39,177 bases of DNA from the IMG/VR virus record IMGVR_UViG_3300027975_000007, positions 1 through 39,177 of that record; one strand, 5' to 3'. The number at the start of each line of letters is the position of its first letter. The stretch's first letter is position 1. The notes under the pieces were generated by a model. The model did not search any database. It had not been told where the DNA came from and saw only the letters and a program-made list of their open reading frames with translations. Source of the DNA: a virus (taxonomy: Duplodnaviria > Caudoviricetes). The position numbers were made by a program, and so were the translations under genes. Of this stretch, positions 15,968 to 24,367 are shown piece by piece.

Positions 15968-17881
15968 ATGGGCGTAGTCAACTTTCGCCCATTTAAAATC
16001 CCTCCAGACGTTAACGCGAAGACAGCCTCTGCATTCGGTATCAAACCGAATACGGGTGGATCTGATTTCATGATCGAAGACTTGGCGAAGTCTGGTCTGG
16101 AGCCCATTGATCTCCACGCATACACTCACAGTATGCTCTACAAGCCTAAAGAAGCTGAATGTGGATATCTAATCCCGTATTTCTATCCAGATGGCCAACC
16201 TATCGTAGATAAGGAAGGCCATGTAGCGATGTTTCGCACTCGCTTTAAGCTGAAACCGAATCTAAAGGGCCAGCGGTACTTCCAACCCACGAAGGACATG
16301 CTGGCCAGTCTGGGTCTCCCTAGCAATCTGCCATATCTTCCTCCTTACGAGAGGAATGCGGACACGATAGCGATTTGCGAAGGTGAGAAGAAGACTATCG
16401 CAGTCATAAAGCATCTGGGGCTGGACGCCATTGGCATCGGCGGATGCAATATGTGGAACCACGAGTGGATCTTTTCCGCATGTGTTGGTAAGAGAGTCAT
16501 TATCATCCCCGATGCTGATGTTATGCGGTATGACATCAGTAGATCGTACGGAGCGCTGGCCAGCGAATTACAGGTGCGGGGCTGCTCGGTAGAAATCGTG
16601 CAAATGCCCGATAAGATTGACGACTGGCTCGTGGCCGGAGGCACTCGTGAAGAGTTTGACGATCTACCACGCATCAGCCCAGAAGCGTTGGTTCTTACAG
16701 GTGATGCACTCATCTCTAAGTACAATCTGACGTTCCAAGTCGTGGGAAAAGACAATAAGAAGATCGCCCACCAGCACAGCGCGAATATAATGACCATCAT
16801 GGAGAACCACCCGGCTTTTCCAACCATATGGGAGAATCTGGATAACAGCAGAGTGTACATTGGGGAGGAAGAGACTCGGGCAGGGCTGACCGAGATGGAG
16901 ATTGCCAACTACTTCCAGAGGAATCTTGGGTTCGACAAGGTATCGCATAAACTCATTACACCGTGTATCGGCGCGTTTGCGGAAAAGAATGCACGATCAC
17001 CGATGCTAGAGTGGATCCAAAGGCAAACTTGGGACCGCAAGGAGCGGTTAGAGACGTGGATGGTTCGCCATTGGGGAGTAGAGGACACACCGTACCATCG
17101 CGAAGTGGCGGCCAAATGGCTCATATCGTCCTGTGCTCGTCTGGACAAAGCCGGTACGAAGATAGACTGGATATTTATCGTGATCGGGCCACAAGCGACA
17201 GGCAAAACCACGATGCCGGAGATCATGTTCAGAGGAAATAACATGATCGTCTATGGTCACGACGAGGGCAAGGACGCCAAGATGCTTCTCCATGCTGCTC
17301 TGTGCGTCGGGTATGACGAGTTGGACGGTATGGCGAAGCGGGAACAGAGTACTCTCAAAGCGATGATCACCTGCTGTGAAGACGCTTTTCGCAAACCCTA
17401 CGGGGCCACGGTCGAGTTTCATCCCCGGCGCAGCGTTCTTTACGGGTGCGGGAACAACCCTGCGTTCCTTACCGAGGATCATAGCGGCTACCGACGCTAC
17501 GCGATTGTCCAGGTCCCCAAGCTTCTTGACTTTGAGAGTCTCGAGACCGAAGTCGGGCAGCTCTGGGCGGAAGCTTGGGCTCGCTACATCGGCGGCGGGG
17601 TGCGCTATTGGGAGATCGAGGGCGCAGCCGAAGCTGCAAAAGAATACGTGGTCGAAAGCATGTTGAATGCTATGGTGGACAATGGGCTGGCTATTCTCCA
17701 GCGACAAGGCGCTGCTGATAAGTTCACCAGTGTGCAGCTCTATGGGGCGATGGGACTGGATCCCACGCGGGTGGGCGGTGGCCAGCAGGCCAAAGAAATA
17801 GCGAACTATATGCGCTCTTTGGGGTACTCACAGAAGAAAGCTAAGGTCCAGGGGGTTCCGGTACGGGTATGGAGCCAGTAG
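15968..17881 (+). CDS. primase-helicase: DUF3854/Toprim-like N-terminus plus VapE (virulence-associated E)-type P-loop ATPase
   Basis: ICEGEKK, GIGG..W, IIPDAD, K.DD (Toprim-like); GPQATGKTT Walker A, YDELD Walker B, D.FRKPYG..PRR, GYRRY (VapE-like). Confidence 0.88.
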   Translation: MGVVNFRPFKIPPDVNAKTASAFGIKPNTGGSDFMIEDLAKSGLEPIDLHAYTHSMLYKPKEAECGYLIPYFYPDGQPIVDKEGHVAMFRTRFKLKPNLKGQRYFQPTKDMLASLGLPSNLPYLPPYERNADTIAICEGEKKTIAVIKHLGLDAIGIGGCNMWNHEWIFSACVGKRVIIIPDADVMRYDISRSYGALASELQVRGCSVEIVQMPDKIDDWLVAGGTREEFDDLPRISPEALVLTGDALISKYNLTFQVVGKDNKKIAHQHSANIMTIMENHPAFPTIWENLDNSRVYIGEEETRAGLTEMEIANYFQRNLGFDKVSHKLITPCIGAFAEKNARSPMLEWIQRQTWDRKERLETWMVRHWGVEDTPYHREVAAKWLISSCARLDKAGTKIDWIFIVIGPQATGKTTMPEIMFRGNNMIVYGHDEGKDAKMLLHAALCVGYDELDGMAKREQSTLKAMITCCEDAFRKPYGATVEFHPRRSVLYGCGNNPAFLTEDHSGYRRYAIVQVPKLLDFESLETEVGQLWAEAWARYIGGGVRYWEIEGAAEAAKEYVVESMLNAMVDNGLAILQRQGAADKFTSVQLYGAMGLDPTRVGGGQQAKEIANYMRSLGYSQKKAKVQGVPVRVWSQ

Positions 17882-18058
17882 TAGTCGGGAGGTAGTCAGG
17901 TGGTAGTCAGGTACCCGACTACCCGATTTTGCCTTGTAAAACAAAGGCTTAGAACGAAAGTAGTCAGGTAGTCAGGTAAATTACATATATATGTGCAAGG
18001 GTATCGATTTATACTGGAAAGGTTTGGCAAGTACCTGACTACCTGACTACCTGCCTAC
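17881..18058. repeat. iteron-like GTAGTCRG repeat array, putative replication origin
   Basis: Nine copies (5 forward, 4 inverted, one degenerate); perfect 19-bp inverted repeat at 17960-17978/18032-18050 around an AT-rich core containing the palindrome ACATATATATGT. Confidence 0.75.
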
Positions 18059-18316
18059 CGCGAAGTCATTCTGACCGCCCCAAGATCGGTCTAACCGTCC
18101 AACTAGGATGCCACTTGCTCGTTATACTGGATGCAATCTAGGTGGTTCGACAGACGTAGAAACTTTTACAGCCCAGAGTAAGTTCACAGAGCAACAGAGA
18201 AATTCGACGTGCCGTCAAACGATTTCGCAAGAACTCGGGAGAACTCGTCTCGTCGGGTCCGAAGACGACTCGGGGCGCTTGCGCGCCCCGAGCCGACCCG
18301 TCCTAGGGGTTTCTAC

Positions 18317-18652
18317 CTATTCGCTGCGCCATGCCAGGAGGCCTTCCCGTGCGAACCGTCGCAGGAACCCACCGCCGCCCTTGTGGCTGCTCTTGTGGTC
18401 GGGCTTCTGGCGTTGCATGGGAACCTCGGCCGCCACTGCCGTGAGCCAGTCGGCCAGAGGCTTGCCCTCGTAGGCGCGCAGGCTGGTGTACCAGACGTCG
18501 CGCTGGCTGCCGGGCCGGAACTGGTGCGCCTTGCCCTTGTCGGACAGGACCACGAGTTGCACGCTGGCGGTAGGCTGCTCGGCCGGCGTAGGGGTTTCCA
18601 CTTCCGGCGTAGGGGTTTCTACAGGCTTGCGATTTTCGTTGCGCTTTGACAT
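18317..18652 (-). CDS. small basic protein, paralog of 6222..6635
   Basis: GGAG RBS; duplicated VETPTP (16-bp repeat at 18583-18598/18604-18619); FRPGSQR..W...YEGK...GFLRRFAREGLL. Confidence 0.65.
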   Translation of the reverse strand: MSKRNENRKPVETPTPEVETPTPAEQPTASVQLVVLSDKGKAHQFRPGSQRDVWYTSLRAYEGKPLADWLTAVAAEVPMQRQKPDHKSSHKGGGGFLRRFAREGLLAWRSE

Positions 18653-18758
18653 GACTTACTCCACTTGCTATGTAGGGCGGAATTACCCTACACCTATAGG
18701 ATGGGGCCTCCTAGCTACGGATACCATACGTACAAGACGCAATGCGCTCGGGGCAGGA

Positions 18759-18775
18759 TTGGCATGGAGATTGCA
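18759..18775 (+). promoter_or_regulatory. sigma54 (RpoN) -24/-12 site
   Basis: TTGGCATG-GAGA-TTGCA versus consensus YTGGCACG-N4-TTGCW. Confidence 0.7.
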
Positions 18776-18784
18776 TGGGGGACA

Positions 18785-18801
18785 TTGGCACGGTGATTGC
18801 A
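18785..18801 (+). promoter_or_regulatory. sigma54 (RpoN) -24/-12 site
   Basis: TTGGCACG-GTGA-TTGCA, perfect consensus. Confidence 0.75.
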
Positions 18802-18823
18802 TCCAGGCATGGGGCGCGGGTGA

Positions 18824-18840
18824 AGCAAGATGCGTGCCAG
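18824..18840 (-). promoter_or_regulatory. sigma54 (RpoN) -24/-12 site
   Basis: Reverse complement CTGGCACG-CATC-TTGCT, perfect consensus. Confidence 0.75.
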
Positions 18841-19098
18841 ATTTGGGGTCGTACGTAGAAGTACGTAGAGGGCAGAACCCGGCGGTGGGCAGTGCCTCGC
18901 CGTGCTCACTGCGTAGTAGTGTTCACTTGCTAAGAGTATGCAGCGCCTTCACTGCGGAAATCCACAGTGATGTATAGACGACCAGTGATGGTGAGATGAA
19001 CAGTGATGTATGGAAACACAGGAAAAAGACACCCCCCGGGGAGAGACCAAACGCACAAGCACTAACACGCTCACCGGACCCACCCACAGATTCTCGAC

Positions 19099-19134
19099 GA
19101 ATCAAAGAAGTCACTAAGAATCAAAGAAGTCACT
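19099..19134. repeat. 17-bp tandem direct repeat upstream of terS
   Basis: GAATCAAAGAAGTCACT at 19099-19115 and 19118-19134. Confidence 0.85.
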
Positions 19135-19171
19135 CTTGTCTCTCATTCTGTGGGGTGGCAGAATGCAGCGC

Positions 19172-19483
19172 ATGGCAGATCTACCCATCCCTGCAGACTT
19201 CGATTTCGAAACGCTGCGCGAGAGCTACCCCTCTATTAGACTAGACGGCCCCCGGCGGAAGGCTGGTCGGTCAAACATCGCAGTAGACGACGCCTTCGAT
19301 CTCATCGGAGGGGTCCCTCGACTCGCCCATTGGGCTCACAACAACCCCGGCGAGTTCTTCACGAAAATTTACGCCAAGACACTGCAAGGAGCGCAGCAGC
19401 TCGAGCACTCGGGGGAGATCGTTATTCGGAGCGCTATCCCCGTTTCGCCCCTCGACGGAGAGTATGAGGACGTGACGCCGTGA
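19172..19483 (+). CDS. terS: terminase small subunit
   Basis: Immediately upstream of and coupled to terL; AF..IGGV..L..WA..NP.EF pattern. Start is uncertain (19163 or 19172). Confidence 0.7.
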   Translation: MADLPIPADFDFETLRESYPSIRLDGPRRKAGRSNIAVDDAFDLIGGVPRLAHWAHNNPGEFFTKIYAKTLQGAQQLEHSGEIVIRSAIPVSPLDGEYEDVTP

Positions 19484-20781
19484 CTGATATCAGTCTAGAG
19501 TACACGCCCCGTCCATTCTTCATTCCGTTCCACGCTAGACGTTCTCGATTCTCTTCCATCGTGGCGCACCGCCGCTGCGGGAAGACGGTGGCGTGCGTCA
19601 ACGACATCGTGGTCAAAGCAATACGGAACCGAAAGAAGCATCCGCGCTACGGCTACATCGCCCCCACCTACCGGCAGGGCAAAGAAATCGCGTGGCTCTA
19701 CTTGAAGGATGCTTGTCGCCCTATTTCGAAGAAGATTAAGGAATCAGAACTAAGCATCGAGCTCATCAATGGGGCCAAGATTACCATCTTCGGTGCGGAC
19801 AACCCCGACAGCCTTCGCGGCCTGTACTTCGACGGAGTAATCCTGGACGAGTACGGAGACATGCGGCCATCCCTGTGGGGCGAGGTCATATTGCCGACGC
19901 TAGTGGACCGCAAGGGGTGGGCGGTCTTTATCGGCACCCCAAAGGGAATGAACCATTTCTATGACGTACACACGTCGTATTCACAGGACGCCGACAACTT
20001 CTCACTTACGCTGCCCATTACAGAAACGAACCTGTTCGACGAAAAGGACATCACAGAATTCCGCAAACAGATGTCGGACGAGCAGTTCCGACAAGAGTTC
20101 CTATGTGACTTTACGGCGGCAATCACTGGAGCGTACTACGCGGCTCTATTAGAGACGCCCATGCAGGGGCCTCGGCCAGATCCGGCCCTGCCGGTCTTTG
20201 CCAGCGCGGATCTTGGGTACACAGACTCCACTGCGTTCTGGTTTTGGCAGGAACATCCGGACGGGCCAAATATCATCGACTTTGAAGAAGCCGATAATCA
20301 GCCCCTGAGCTACTATTTCAACCTGCTTAGATCCAAGCCGTACGATTTCGACACGATTTGGCTGCCCCATGACGCGATAGCGAAGTCACTTCAGACAGGT
20401 CGCAGCACGATCGAACAGTTCTTGGCGGAAGAATTTCCGGTACGGATCGCACCCAAACTCGCAATTCAGCACGGCATTGATGCTGCGCGTATGATCATTC
20501 CGAAGGCGCGGTGGAATCTTGAGAATGATCGAGTCAGCTATGGTGTCTCTGCCTTGAGGTCCTACCGGCGATCGTACGATGAGAAAGCCAAGGTCTTTAG
20601 AGATGCCCCCATGCACGACTGGACGTCGCATTGTGCGGACGCATTTCGTGGTCTTGCTCTAGTGGCCCGACATGCTATAGTGCCAGCCACGCCAGAGTCA
20701 CCTAAAGTTTCCTCGTCGACCTACAACTTCTCCCTTGAGGACCTCTGGATATGCCAGCCAGCGAAAAGTCAGCGGATCTAG
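19480..20781 (+). CDS. terL: terminase large subunit
   Basis: AHRRCGKT Walker A, YIAPTY.Q, LRG...DGVILDEY, IGTPKG, DLG..D and H..DAFR motifs. Confidence 0.95.
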   Translation: MTDISLEYTPRPFFIPFHARRSRFSSIVAHRRCGKTVACVNDIVVKAIRNRKKHPRYGYIAPTYRQGKEIAWLYLKDACRPISKKIKESELSIELINGAKITIFGADNPDSLRGLYFDGVILDEYGDMRPSLWGEVILPTLVDRKGWAVFIGTPKGMNHFYDVHTSYSQDADNFSLTLPITETNLFDEKDITEFRKQMSDEQFRQEFLCDFTAAITGAYYAALLETPMQGPRPDPALPVFASADLGYTDSTAFWFWQEHPDGPNIIDFEEADNQPLSYYFNLLRSKPYDFDTIWLPHDAIAKSLQTGRSTIEQFLAEEFPVRIAPKLAIQHGIDAARMIIPKARWNLENDRVSYGVSALRSYRRSYDEKAKVFRDAPMHDWTSHCADAFRGLALVARHAIVPATPESPKVSSSTYNFSLEDLWICQPAKSQRI

Positions 20782-22823
20782 GCTCCTACGAGTACTGGAA
20801 CGACGAACTCTCCGTAACTTATAAGGAGTTCAAAGAGAAACTCCATGAGAAAGGAGACAAGGTCAACAAGAGGTTCCTAGACGAGGAGCAGGACGACTCC
20901 ACCACGCGGCAGCACCTGAACCTCTTCCACGCTAATGTCGTTACCCTGCGCTCGATGCTCTACGGGCAGACTCCTCTGGTAGAGGTTGACCGCCGGTTCC
21001 AAGACCAAAATGACGACGTGGGGCGCGTTGCAGCCGAGATATTCGGCAGAATGCTGAATAACGACATCGAACTCACCACCGACTCGTTCCAAGACTCCCT
21101 GCGCAACGCGCTGGACGACTTTTTGATCCCGGGCCTCGGCTGCTGCCGCGCCCGGTACGACGCAGAGTTCAACTCAGACGACACTTTGAAGAAAGAAAGT
21201 GTAGATTTCGAGTACACCCACTGGAAGGACGTGATGTGGTCCCTTTCCAGGACGTGGAAAGAAGTCCGGTGGGTGGCCTTCCGCACCTACCTCTCTGAGG
21301 AAAAGGCCGAAAAGCGGTTCGGTAAGGAGATCGCGAAGGCCCTGGACTACAAGAGCCAGAAAATAGACTCTGAGCAGAAAGATGCGGACCCCCAGAAGTC
21401 TTCAGAGGTCTGGGAAGTCTGGTGTAAGGAGACTAAGAAGGTCTACTGGTTCAGTTTCGGCTACAAGAAGCTGATTCAAACCAAGGACGACCCACTGAAG
21501 CTGAGTAACTTCCTGCCGTGTCCGCAGCCGATGATGGCTAATGTCACGACCAGCAAACTCATGCCGAAGCCGGACTACTTGTTCGCCCAGGACCTGTACC
21601 TCGAGATTGACGAACTGGAGACCCGCATCTCCAGACTGACGAAGGCATGTAAGGCAGTCGGCGCGTACGATAAGAATGCTGACGGCGTTCAGCGCATGAT
21701 GAACGAGGCCACTGAGAACCAGTTGATTCCAGTAGACTCGTGGGCAGCGTTCGCCGAAAAGGGTGGCTTGAAAGGCGTCGTAGACTGGCTTCCGGTGGAG
21801 GCCATCGCCAACGTCATCAATATCCTAACGCAGAAGCTGTCTGAGAAGATCAATCTGCTCTACCAAGTGACGGGTATGAGCGACATTCTGCGTGGGGCCA
21901 CTGACCCCAGAGAGACGAAGGGCGCTCAGGAACTGAAGAGTAAGTACGCGAGCGTCCGCATCCAGGCGATGCAGGATATGTTCGCCGAATTTGCGTCTGA
22001 CCTTCAGCGTATCAAGGCAGAAATCATCTCCCGCCACTACGACGTCGCCACTATCGCCAAACAGGCGAATGTGGCGAATATGAATGATCAAGAGCTCGTG
22101 CCGCAGGCTTTAGAGCTCATCAAGAACCCAGACGATGTTTTGTGGCGCGTCAACGTGCGCCCAGAAAGCGTAGCGATGATCGACTACGCACAGCTCAAGC
22201 AAGAGCGCACGGAGTATATCAATGCCCTCGCACTGTTCATGCAGTCGGCGGCTCCGCTTGCAGAACTTGACCAGAGCGTCACACCCACGCTGCTCGAACT
22301 CCTCAAGTGGGGCTTGGCCGGATTCAAGGGCAGTAATCAGATCGAGGGTGTTTTGGACCGCGCCATCACTCAGGCGATGCAGGCTGTCCAACAGCAGGCG
22401 AGCCAGCCAAAGCCCGAAGATCCTAAGGTAGCCGCAGAGAAGATGAAGGCGCAGGCTGCGATGCAGCAGGCGCAGATGGACGCTCAGCTCGAGATGCAGA
22501 AGATGCAGGCCGAGATGAAGATGGATCAGGCTAAGTTCCAGATGGATATGCAGCAGGACCAGCAGAAGCACGCCCTTGAAGTCCAGAAGATGCAGATGGA
22601 GATCCAGATGCTTGCGGCCAAGCTCGGTATGGAGCGCGAGAAGCAGCAGATGGAGATGCAGGGCAAGGTCATGGATATGGCCCTCCAGCGGGAACAGGGC
22701 GAGCTGCAACTCGAGCACGCTGAAGTAGCCGGACAGCAGAAGATTCAATCTGCTTCAGAGATGGCTAAGATCAAGGCCAAGCAGGCGTCGCAGAAGCCGA
22801 AGGGCAAGAACAATGGTGCGTAA
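20751..22823 (+). CDS. portal protein with long Q/M-rich C-terminal coiled coil
   Basis: 690 aa directly after terL; helical; I/LYQVTGMSDI.RG...ET..AQ..K motif; P22-like C-terminal extension. Confidence 0.85.
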   Translation: MPASEKSADLGSYEYWNDELSVTYKEFKEKLHEKGDKVNKRFLDEEQDDSTTRQHLNLFHANVVTLRSMLYGQTPLVEVDRRFQDQNDDVGRVAAEIFGRMLNNDIELTTDSFQDSLRNALDDFLIPGLGCCRARYDAEFNSDDTLKKESVDFEYTHWKDVMWSLSRTWKEVRWVAFRTYLSEEKAEKRFGKEIAKALDYKSQKIDSEQKDADPQKSSEVWEVWCKETKKVYWFSFGYKKLIQTKDDPLKLSNFLPCPQPMMANVTTSKLMPKPDYLFAQDLYLEIDELETRISRLTKACKAVGAYDKNADGVQRMMNEATENQLIPVDSWAAFAEKGGLKGVVDWLPVEAIANVINILTQKLSEKINLLYQVTGMSDILRGATDPRETKGAQELKSKYASVRIQAMQDMFAEFASDLQRIKAEIISRHYDVATIAKQANVANMNDQELVPQALELIKNPDDVLWRVNVRPESVAMIDYAQLKQERTEYINALALFMQSAAPLAELDQSVTPTLLELLKWGLAGFKGSNQIEGVLDRAITQAMQAVQQQASQPKPEDPKVAAEKMKAQAAMQQAQMDAQLEMQKMQAEMKMDQAKFQMDMQQDQQKHALEVQKMQMEIQMLAAKLGMEREKQQMEMQGKVMDMALQREQGELQLEHAEVAGQQKIQSASEMAKIKAKQASQKPKGKNNGA

Positions 22824-23154
22824 GACATACCACTATGATGAGACTCTTGGAGAGATGGTCGAGGGTCCTGGACCTCGCCGTGTGGATGGCTCTGGTGACG
22901 GCTGGCGCTTTAGCGACCGCGTTTACTCGGGCAGCCCGTTCACGGCACCGGACGGAACGGTGATTGACTCCCGGAAGAAACACCGCGAATACATGAAGCG
23001 GAACAACCTGACTACGGTTGACGACTTCAAAGGAGCGTGGAGAGAGCAGGCCAAAGAGCGCGAGGCCTTTTTCTCTGGAGGCGACCAACGAGAGCGCGAA
23101 CAACGTAAGCGAGACATCGCTGACGCAATAAATAGGAGAAGCAGACATGGGTGA
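22813..23154 (+). CDS. conserved hypothetical head-region protein
   Basis: P.DGTVIDSR..HREYMKRNN pattern; lies between portal and scaffold. Confidence 0.65.
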   Translation: MVRKTYHYDETLGEMVEGPGPRRVDGSGDGWRFSDRVYSGSPFTAPDGTVIDSRKKHREYMKRNNLTTVDDFKGAWREQAKEREAFFSGGDQREREQRKRDIADAINRRSRHG

Positions 23155-24259
23155 CGAAACACTGAGAGAAACGCTGGAGGCGGCATATGAAGAAGTGGGG
23201 ACCACCCCCGCTCCAGCCGCATCAGAGGAAACAGGGGGATCCAAAACGGACCCCTCGGAGCCGGTACGGGATACCGCGCCCACCGAAAAGTCGACAGGAG
23301 CCGATGAGCCCACTGCCGACTCTTCTGGTGAGCGAAAGCGCGGAGAAAAAGGACGGTTCGTAAAAGACAAAGAAACTGAGGTTCAGGCGGAAAAGGACAC
23401 GCCGGACCAGACTGCTGCTCAAACTGAAGCCAAACCGGAAGAGCCGCCGCCTGAACCTCGGCCTACAACCAGAGCGCCCGAAAGCTGGAAGCCAGCCTCT
23501 CGGGAGCACTGGTCCAAACTTCCTGCAGATGTGCAGCAGGAAGTCGTTCGCCGCGAGCGTGAGATCACTCTTACGCTTCAGCAGACCGCGCAGCAACGCA
23601 AGCTCGCGGAGCACTTCACCGAGTCAATTCGCCCATTCGAGGCTATGATTCGGGCTGAGAACCGTGATCCGGTTACTGCGGCGAGCGAGCTCTTTGCCAC
23701 GGCTGCGATGCTTCGTATGGGGTCTCCCGTACAGAAGGCGCAGCTTGTCGCCAACATGGTGAAGAACTTCGGGATTCCGATCGATGCCTTGGATGCTGCG
23801 CTGGTCGGGGAAGATATTCCCGACGAGGACAGTAAGCTTCAGCGCCTTCTTGACCAGCGACTCCAGCCTGTCAACGAGTTCATCAGCGAAGTCAAATCGC
23901 TGAAACAAAAGCGACAGGAAGCGACCGGTAGCGAGGTCATGACTGAGATCGAGGCATTCGCAGCGGCTCCCGAGAATGAGTTCTTCGACGATGTGCGAGA
24001 GACGATGGCTGACCTCATGGAAGTGGCAACCAAGCGCGGTCGCAGCATAACGCTGAAACAGGCGTACGATCAGGCTGTGCTACTGACCCCTGAAGTGAAG
24101 TCAGTCATTGATTCTCGCAAAGCGGCTGCGGCGGCGAAGAAGCGCGAGGCGGCTGCGAGCCTGCCAAGTTCTCCTCCCCCGCAGGGCGGACCGACTGGTA
24201 AATCAGGCAGCTTGCGGGATGACATCGAGAGCGCGTTTGCGAGTGTTGCAAATCGCTAA
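23147..24259 (+). CDS. capsid scaffolding protein
   Basis: Acidic disordered N-terminus with R.EKGRF, AP.SW...W..LP, coiled coil and C-terminal SLRD.I; upstream of the MCP. Confidence 0.8.
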   Translation: MGDETLRETLEAAYEEVGTTPAPAASEETGGSKTDPSEPVRDTAPTEKSTGADEPTADSSGERKRGEKGRFVKDKETEVQAEKDTPDQTAAQTEAKPEEPPPEPRPTTRAPESWKPASREHWSKLPADVQQEVVRREREITLTLQQTAQQRKLAEHFTESIRPFEAMIRAENRDPVTAASELFATAAMLRMGSPVQKAQLVANMVKNFGIPIDALDAALVGEDIPDEDSKLQRLLDQRLQPVNEFISEVKSLKQKRQEATGSEVMTEIEAFAAAPENEFFDDVRETMADLMEVATKRGRSITLKQAYDQAVLLTPEVKSVIDSRKAAAAAKKREAAASLPSSPPPQGGPTGKSGSLRDDIESAFASVANR

Positions 24260-24274
24260 GAACGAGCGTATAAT
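24246..24274 (+). promoter_or_regulatory. sigma70-type promoter for the major capsid gene
   Basis: TTGCAA-N17-TATAAT. Confidence 0.7.
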
Positions 24275-24367
24275 CAGCCCCAGAACTAGGATGCTCAGCC
24301 TTCGGGAAGCAAACCTCAAGTTCGGAGCAAATGGCCTTTTCATTTCTTCAACTTGAGGTAACTTTTC

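Noticed and set aside
17881-18058. Repeat array as a CRISPR (a Cas4-like gene is present)
   Set aside because: Units are 8 bp, in both orientations, with no unique spacers; solo Cas4-like nucleases are common in phage replication modules.
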